From NCBI GenBank assembly GCA_012295275.1, contig CM022665.1, forward strand, positions 46,376,001-46,440,000: a stretch of 64,000 nucleotides of DNA, written 5' to 3'. Of this stretch, positions 55,213 through 64,000 are shown in pieces. The notes below the pieces were generated by a model that was given only the letters and a program-made list of their open reading frames with translations, did not search any database and was not told the DNA's origin. This DNA comes from Chrysomallon squamiferum (taxonomy: Eukaryota; Animalia; Mollusca). Made by a program: the position numbers and the translations under genes. The stretch's first letter is position 1; every line of letters begins with the position of its first letter.

Positions 55213-56154
55213 TGTGGAAGTAAAAAAAAATGTAACATCTGCAGTGGGCATTAATAACCTACTCAAGAGGTTAACAATGGGGAAAAACCTCAACCTCCAC
55301 ACCAAACAGTAAAAAAAAACAAATCAAAAAAAAAAAAAAAAAAAAAAAAGTTTTAAACAAAATTTTATGTTTTCACTAATCTTTTAATTATCTGATTAAT
55401 GTTAATATAAAAATTTCACTAACAAATATGACACCAGTTAGTTCAGAAGTAAATTATTCATGAATGTACATCTTAAGTAAAATTATCTAAATCTCAAAGA
55501 TTTTGAAGAGGATTTTAAAATTAGTACTGAAGTGTTTTTCTTTCAGTTTGTTGAATTATGAAATTCTGTGGCAGGCAGCTGCAAATGGAAGAAATGTTGG
55601 TGTGTCTTAAAGTGAGGTGCTCTGGAAACAAAGGCTAGAAATACAACCATTTCCTCATTTCAGAGACTGTCAGAAGGAACAAAAAGTCTGCTCAGACACA
55701 AGTGTCTGGTTACTAATACTGACAGGTGTTAATTTTATGAGGAAGTTGGTCTTTACAAAATGAAGGTTTTGGGTTCCTCTTCAGCAAAGAAGCAAAATTT
55801 ATATCAACATTCCCAGAGGTTGGGAAACACATATCATCACGTTTGATTAATGGTTGGAATGTGAAATAATGAAAAAATGTTAAATGACCCAAATCCTGTA
55901 AATATTGTTTAAATCCGAGTTCAGCTTTTCAGTTTTAAAAATAATTTATAAAATAGTCAAATTTCACTTTGATCTATTTAAAGTTATGCTAACAAATAAC
56001 TAAATATATTTTGGCACTTTTCAAAATAATTGTAATTTCACTATCTAAACACTAACCTTTAATAATAACAAAGTATGACAATAATAATTACAAGAGGTTA
56101 GCAGCCATTTTCCTTTTTCTCTTCTGTACTGATGTTTATGAAAATATTTTCTGT

Positions 56155-56716
56155 TTATGTGTGCATGTATGTATGTATGTATGTATGTATATGTATGTAT
56201 GTATGTATGTGTGTGTGTATGTATATATGTATGTGTGTATGTATGTGCATATGTATGTGTGTGTGTGTTTGTGTTTTATATGTGTGTGTGTGTATATATA
56301 TATTTGTATGTATGGGTGCTTCTTTGTGTCTATATCTGGAGGTGTCTATTTATGTATGTATGTATGTATGAATGTATCAGTGTGTGTGTGTGTGTTTGTA
56401 TGTTTTTGTATGTATATTTGAATGTGTGTGTTTGTATGTATGCATGTGTGTGTGTGGGTGTCTGTTTGTGTGTGTCATGTCTTTGTCTCTGTATCTGTGT
56501 GTGTATGAATGTCTGTGTGTCTGTTTGTGTGTGTGTGTGTGTGTCTGTGTGTGTGTGTCTGTTTGTCTGTGTGTGTGTGTGTGTCTGTGTCTGTTTGTCT
56601 GTGTTTCTCTGTGTGTGTGTGTGTGTGTGTGTGTGTTTCTGTTTGTCTGTCTGTCTGTCTGTGTGTCTATGTGTGTGTGTGTGTATGTCTGTGTGTCTGT
56701 TTGTGTGTGTGTGTGT
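56155..56716. repeat. (TATG)/(TG)/(TCTG) compound block
   Basis: Direct reading. Confidence 0.93.
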
Positions 56717-57169
56717 TTTGTAAGATAAAGCAGAAGAGTAACAAAGACAAAACAGCAAAACACAGCAGGTGGGCGGAACAGACCAACGACTCTTCACGTC
56801 ACTACACGTCAGACATCTAAGTTTCGGTACTAAAACTACTTTCATCGTTTTCCTCTTTAAAACACAGGTGCATAAAGAATGAAAAAACCCCAAAAAAAAC
56901 CTAATCTTCTACTTAATAATAAAAAAAAATAAAACAACCTCACATCAAAAAGAAGACAGAAAATTGAGCTATTAGTGACAGCACTAAAACATCGGCGATG
57001 GTAATGTCACATCGCCAACGTTAACGTCGTTCTGGGTTACGAGAGGCAATAAATTAAAAATCAAACAGTGACGAAGATTGTGTAGATCAGATGCGAAGCA
57101 GTAAAAACGAGATGAAGATGATGTTAGTGAATGGAAATATAATTCACAACAAACAGAAGTGATCAGTGG

Positions 57170-57174
<5 letters not shown>

Positions 57175-57211
<37 letters not shown>

Positions 57212-57412
57212 GTATTTATTATGTTGTGAGAGCTTTAATCAAAGATCATGTCTGAAATCTAGACTCATTATCAACTGGATGTTAATGTCTTAAGCTGTTT
57301 TATTGATGAATGGGCTGAGGAAACATTTTTTTTTGTTTTTATAGGTTCAGACAAACATACACAGATATATATCCTGTAACACACACATATACATACACAT
57401 ACACATATATAT

Positions 57413-57451
<39 letters not shown>

Positions 57452-57630
57452 TACCCACAAAGAGAGAGAGAGAGAGAAAGAGAGAGAAAGAGACAAAAGA
57501 GAGAGAGAGCGAAAGAGAGAAAAGAGAGAGAAGAGAGAGAGAGAGAAAGAGAGAAAGATAAAGAGAGAGAAAAGAGAGGAGAGAGAGAGAGAGAGAAAGA
57601 GAGAGAAAAGAAAGAAAACGAGAGAAAGTG
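57175..57630. repeat. (TA)n and GA-rich tracts
   Basis: (TA)n at 57175-57207; GA-rich at 57415-57628. Confidence 0.88.
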
Positions 57631-58801
57631 AAATGGGTAATTAAAAATGAATTTTTAAAACTAGCTGATTAAAACAAATGCTGGTTGTTGTTTTTTGGTG
57701 GGGTTTTTTATGAAACATATGCAATATATGAAACACAACAACCAAAATTATGTTAAAAATTTAAATTAAAACCACAAAATGTACAAAAATAACATAAACA
57801 AAACATCTTACCTTACTGGCATTCAAGCATGTTCTTTTTAAAAATTGCTGTTTTGAAAAAAAAAAAAAAAAAAAATAATAATAAATATAAAAACTACATA
57901 AAGGAAAATGAAAAATATAAAACACATAATTATATGCATTCACATTCATTCATATGTATTTTCATACATGTAAATATACAAATTCACACACACATACACA
58001 TAAATACACACATTCACACACACACACACACTTATACATAAATACAGAAAAACATACACAGACATATATATATATACACACACTCACATACACACAGATG
58101 GATACAGGATCAGTCCTTGTTACTGGACCAAACACAATTACTTCCTATTCTAAACACCGCTGCAGACCATTCTGTCAAAGTACATGGAATGTACTGCCCT
58201 GCCTACAAGTAGGTGCATATAACATATATCCTTTACTGCTGAATAATAGGAATTATCTTACTCTAAACTATAGACATACAATATAAAACTCTCAAACAAC
58301 TACAACTAAAACAACAACAACAACAACAGCAGCAGCAACAACAACTACAAAAACAAAAACAACTTCGACAGCTTCTGGCCTTTAATAATAAAAATAAGCT
58401 TTCACAGCTAAACGACCTCACTCATTTGTTTGCGAGTGAATGAAACAAATCTTTTGAGATCCCACTCAACAGAAAATGAAAATATCTTGACAAGAGTTTT
58501 TTTTTTTTTTAAATTACTCCACAGATACCAACAGGTAAAAGAATTAATGGCTGTTATTTTGTAAGACTTCCATTTAGAAAAAAAAATCTCACTCTTTTAC
58601 GAGTGATAGTCTCTGAAGTGCAGTTACAGATGAAAATAATGTTGAACTCAAGTCTTTGTACTGGAGAAGTAAAATGAATCATCTTTACAAATTTTTACAA
58701 TTCCCCTGTCGAATATTTTCAATTCTTTTCAGTTTTAGATACTTTTTCAATAGGAAATGAATCATTTAAAAAAAAAAAAAATGTTTTTGTTCCCCAACTG
58801 A

Positions 58802-58804
<3 letters not shown>

Positions 58805-58895
<91 letters not shown>
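58805..58895. repeat. (CT)n(TA)n microsatellite
   Basis: Direct reading. Confidence 0.96.
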
Positions 58896-58897
<2 letters not shown>

Positions 58898-59344
58898 CTT
58901 TATGTATGCATGTCTCTATGTACATATGTATATAAGTGTGTGCTTTAGTCTATATATGTGCATATTCATGTGTATATGTATAGGTCTGTGTATGTGTGTG
59001 TCTGTTTGATATAAGACTAACTAAATAAGCTGGTAATTAAAAAAAAAAACCAAAAACTAATAAATGGATAAAAAAAAACCCCACAGAAATGTATATATAT
59101 CCCTGACACAAACACAAACCATTATTAACAATCCAACCATTCAATACAGTCTGTATTCAACATCCCAGTATTAACCATCATCCCTCATATATACTAACCA
59201 ACCTAGCATTAACCAACACCAATGTTAAATAATAGTACTGACTGTACCACTGCCGGCATTAATAAACCCACTGTTATTCACTACCGCCTGTATTACCCAT
59301 CCCTGTATTAGCTATGGCTGATATTAACACTCCTAGACATTAGC

Positions 59345-59665
59345 TACAACCTCGGCATCAACCGCACCGCAGAGTGCGAACCAGCGCGTCGACGATGCAG
59401 AACGACGCAATCATACTAGGAGCTGCAGTGCGCTCGACTGTGACAGATTCGGTGTTTCAAATCCGTGGCAGATTACGGCAGTGATTTCCTGGTGATGCCA
59501 CATTTGGCAAAAACGGGCTTAATGAGGACGTAATTATCAATTTTTATTGGGTGGAATTACAGCAATCAGCCGAGCAATTGTTGTCCGAGGATTTGTCTGT
59601 CAACAGAGATGATGACAGTTTACTCGAGAAGACGATGGGTATTTAGAGGTAACTCGAGTAATAGG
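59345..59665. promoter_or_regulatory. CpG-rich unique island, candidate cis-regulatory element
   Basis: Dense CpGs, e.g. CCAGCGCGTCGACGATGC; TAATTA/TTAATGA homeodomain-type cores at about 59519-59537. Confidence 0.35.
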
Positions 59666-59684
59666 GAAAGTTAATAAATCAATA

Positions 59685-60274
<590 letters not shown>

Positions 60275-61089
60275 ACATATCTAACCATCCATCCATGCAT
60301 ACAGATAACACAATCTCAGACAAAATCTTTAACAAACTATTTTTATGTTTAAAAAAATAAAAATAAAATAAAATAAAATAAAAAAAACTCCAGTCCAGTG
60401 TGTTACACAACATAAGTACCCTAACCACTGAACCATCACAACCAGTCAGTGATCAGTTATTTAAAAAAAAAAAAAACACAAATCAAAGTAGTACTTCAAA
60501 TTCATGAAGCACGCAAAAAAAATCTTCCACATCCGTCTATTAACATACAGACATGTCTGGAGATGACAAATGATAAAAACTTAGAAATCAATAAATAAAA
60601 ACCCCATCTCCTAATATTACACACGCAGATGACAGATATTTCAAATTTATTCTCTCAGTTCCCTGTCTGCTGCAAGACATTTCTCTGTGTCATGTAGCAT
60701 CTCCGACAATGTGAAAAGTTTGACCTCTGACCCCCATTACACTCATCTTGTCTGGCGCAAGACTTGGAATTCACAGCAGACTGAAGCCCGTTTTTTTGTA
60801 TTTTTTTGTTATGTAAAATATCTCTACTGTGCGATATCTCACAGACTGAGGGTGTCTGATACAGCTGTTATTGTACATGTCTTTATAGCATGTTGTATGT
60901 GAGTATGTGAATTCAGTATGGAGATTTTTTTTTTTTTTATAGGTTTGATGTGAAGGATGGAATGTGTTATTGTGGGGGTATGTTTATATAATACATACAT
61001 ATATTCAGATATACAGACATGCATGTAAGCATTCACCAGACACACAGACAAATAAATAAATAAATAAATAAATATAGAAACATGAATGT

Positions 61090-61439
61090 ATGAGCATGTA
61101 TGTATGTATGCTTGTATTTATGTGTGTATCATGTATGTATGTATGTATGTATGTATGTATGTATGTATGTATGTATATGTATGTATGTATATACACATGC
61201 ATGAATTTATGTATGTAAATATCTATATTTATATCTATATATATATATATATATATATATTACTCTTATATATGTATGCATGTGTGTATGTGTGTACACA
61301 TATATATATATACATACACACACACAAACATACATACATATATACATACACACACACACACACACACAGAAACTATACTAAATATAACTATATGCTTGTG
61401 TCTATGTATAAATATATACACACAACAATGCTACCATTA

Positions 61440-61532
<93 letters not shown>

Positions 61533-61585
61533 CTCTATCTATATGCTTGTTTCTGCATGTATAAACACACACACACACACACACT
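61090..61585. repeat. Compound (TATG)/(TA)/(CA)/(TCTG)/(TCTA) microsatellites
   Basis: Direct reading. Confidence 0.92.
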
Positions 61586-61799
61586 ACAGCGCTGCCACGT
61601 TGTCCTCATTGTGCTGGGTCGTACATCGTGGTGTGTGAAGTGATCTAAATCCTATTAGAGAAAAGCTGGGAACTAATTAACTGTAATCTGATAGGTGGAT
61701 GAGAGGATCACTTTATTAGTTTACCTCAAGTAACCAGTCACCTCTCTATCTCACCACACCCCACCCCACCCACACCCACATGTCACTGGATAAATCAGA

Positions 61800-61850
61800 G
61801 TTCACAGTGGTGTCAGTGTCAGGTGCTGAAGGTTTCTGGTTCAATCCTCT
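61800..61850 (+). mobile_element. Possible degenerate tRNA-like SINE head
   Basis: CAGTGGT...GAAGGTTTCTGGTTCAATCCT with a B-box-like GGTTCAATCC. Confidence 0.3.
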
Positions 61851-62090
61851 TTGATGGGCAAATTGCAAATATGTCAAATTATTGTTGGTTATAAAGATTT
61901 TTTTAATAATTTGGCTGGTTTCACAGATCTTTGTAATCTCCAATGGGATACTTCTTCTGTTACAGTTAATGTTATGGTGTAGTGTTTTTTTTATTAAAGG
62001 ACAATGGTATGTGTTGTCTTGTTGGGGAAAAAGTCTATAGTTTTGTGAAGAAAAAAAATCTGTTGTTGGTATATAATGTTTTAACAACAG

Positions 62091-62198
62091 TATGGTGGTA
62101 CTATGGTGGTACTATGGTAGTACTATGGTGGTACTATGGTGGTACTGTGGTAGTACTATGGTGGTACTATGGTGGTACTATGGTGGTACTATGGTAGT
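62091..62198. repeat. 11-bp minisatellite, about 10 copies
   Basis: ACTATGGTGGT with ACTATGGTAGT variants. Confidence 0.95.
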
Positions 62199-62389
62199 AC
62201 CTTTCTTAAAGTTACCAAAAGTCTGAGACAGTGTGTTAGAATTACCAAATCTTTGACATTCTAATAACAGTAAAACTGATCACTGTTCTTCTAGTTAAGC
62301 CTGTAACAGAACATTAATCAGTATGTTCTGTTGATGTTATTAATAAAACCAAACAAGAGTGCAAGCATTTACTACACAATACTGTTCAT

Positions 62390-62525
62390 TTAACACATTA
62401 TATTGTTTATTTTAACTCTAACTCTGAACTGCATCATCCATTGTACACATTATACTGTATAACATTGTTTATTCAATTCCAACCCTGAACTCCATCATCC
62501 ATTGTACACATTATGTTGTATAATG
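62390..62525. repeat. Tandem duplication of about 60 bp
   Basis: ATTGTTTATT...AAC.CTGAACT.CATCATCCATTGTACACATTAT occurs twice. Confidence 0.8.
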
Positions 62526-62799
62526 GCTGTGTATTTAAGACTACACATGTTAAACTGTTTATTTAATGCTCTAGGTTTACTTAGCACAGATCTGAATGTG
62601 ACACTGCATTCAGTAGCTGAGGAGTGTCAACTTTCCATCAGTCTTATTAACAACAGCAGTAACAGCTCAGCCTGAACAGACTTTTTACACTGCTAATAAG
62701 AATTACATGTTTGTCTTCAATTTTTCACGATAATTTTATTATTGATAAAAGTACAGGATAGCACATAGCAAGTTTATATCTATGTACTTAAGAGTATGT

Positions 62800-62901
62800 G
62801 AGTCTCTGTATGTACACATGTATGTATGTGTGTATGTATTATGCATGTATTTAATCTTGTATATATGCTTATATGTATATGTGTGAATGTATGTATATGT
62901 A

Positions 62902-62941
<40 letters not shown>

Positions 62942-63070
62942 TATGTATGTATATATATGTACACATGTAATGTACATAGGTATGCGTGTATGTGTGAGTA
63001 TATATCTGTATATGTATCTGCTATGAGTATGTATTCATGTACATACATAAACTCTTATGTATGTGTATCT
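62800..63070. repeat. (TATG)/(TA)n block
   Basis: Direct reading. Confidence 0.85.
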
Positions 63071-63078
63071 AAGTATTT

Positions 63079-63312
63079 TTCTTTTTTAAAACCCAGGCCA
63101 TTTTCTGCTATTAAAAATAAGTAAAATATTCTTTACTGTCAAAAAAAAAAAAAAAAAAAAAAAAGAAGAAGAAGATATTCATGTACCTATGTAAACTTTT
63201 ATGTAAGTGTATTTAAGTATTAAAAAAAACAAAACCCTACCATTTTCTGCTCTTAAAAACAAGTAACATATTTTCTTTACTATCAAAAAAAAAAAAAAAA
63301 AAGAAGGAGAAA
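63079..63312. repeat. Duplication with about 140-bp period, each copy ending in poly(A)-GAAG
   Basis: AAAACCC...CCATTTTCTGCT.TTAAAAA.AAGTAA.ATATT..CTTTACT.TC(A)n GAAG at about 63088 and 63231. Confidence 0.8.
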
Positions 63313-63547
63313 AGAGTCAGGTGTTATTTATTACAGGTGCATCTCAAGTTTGTAGTGAGAAGAAACTTGAATATTTCACAAACAGCTGACCGGCTTAGAG
63401 ACGTGACCGAAGTGTACGTTGTAACAAAAACTGTCTACAGACGTACACTAAACTAATTCAATATTTATCAGTTCATTCACTCTATCTTAGCCGTTTTCTC
63501 TGTCTACCAGGTTCCAGTGTTGAGGATTTAATTATATTTTATTGTCT

Positions 63548-63562
63548 CTGTGTGTGTGTGTC

Positions 63563-63609
<47 letters not shown>

Positions 63610-63618
63610 TTATATATA

Positions 63619-63649
<31 letters not shown>

Positions 63650-63791
63650 GTATATATATATATATGTATGTATGTATGTATGTATATATATATAGATAGA
63701 TGATATAGATATAAATATATGTGTATATATGTCTAAGCATGTGTATGTGTATATTAGTGGGTATGTATCACTGTGTGTATATCTATGTTTG

Positions 63792-63828
<37 letters not shown>

Positions 63829-63845
63829 GTATGTGGATATATATT
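63548..63845. repeat. (TG)n/(TA)n/(TATG)n block
   Basis: Direct reading. Confidence 0.92.
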
Positions 63846-64000
63846 TGATAATAAATATGATAATAAATTTTTGATTAGCAGGTTCTGTTATTTTTAGTAA
63901 CAGCTGATCATGTCTGTCTCTATATGTGTATGTGTGTGAATGTATTTTAGCAAAGTTTCACATTGTGTCAGTGTGTCTGTGTGTCTGCATTATAGAACTG

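Overview
Eukaryotic (animal) non-coding DNA: very AT-rich, CpG-poor and saturated with microsatellites. A mollusc-like invertebrate is my guess from composition only. I recognise no protein-coding gene, rRNA, intact tRNA, CRISPR array or intact transposon. The supplied ORFs are read-throughs of simple repeats, minisatellites or chance open frames. The window is built from three alternating parts: (i) SSR and poly(A)/(T) blocks; (ii) more than 20 mostly unrelated tandem arrays with units of 11-140 bp, many carrying a short palindrome; (iii) short (about 200-500 bp) unique, CpG-retaining islands every 1-2.5 kb that repeatedly contain YY1/Pho-type (GCCATTTT/AAGATGGC), RFX X-box and homeodomain-type motifs. 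The best gene-related signal is a candidate minus-strand promoter plus non-coding exon at about 18899-19210, which ends at an AAG|GTAGGT donor. There is also a TATA/CRE-like promoter candidate at about 30.74 kb, a candidate 24-nt microexon at 49833-49856 and several about 60-bp degenerate tRNA-like SINE heads. The likeliest reading is a large intron or regulatory domain of a gene whose coding exons lie outside the window. All functional statements are inference.
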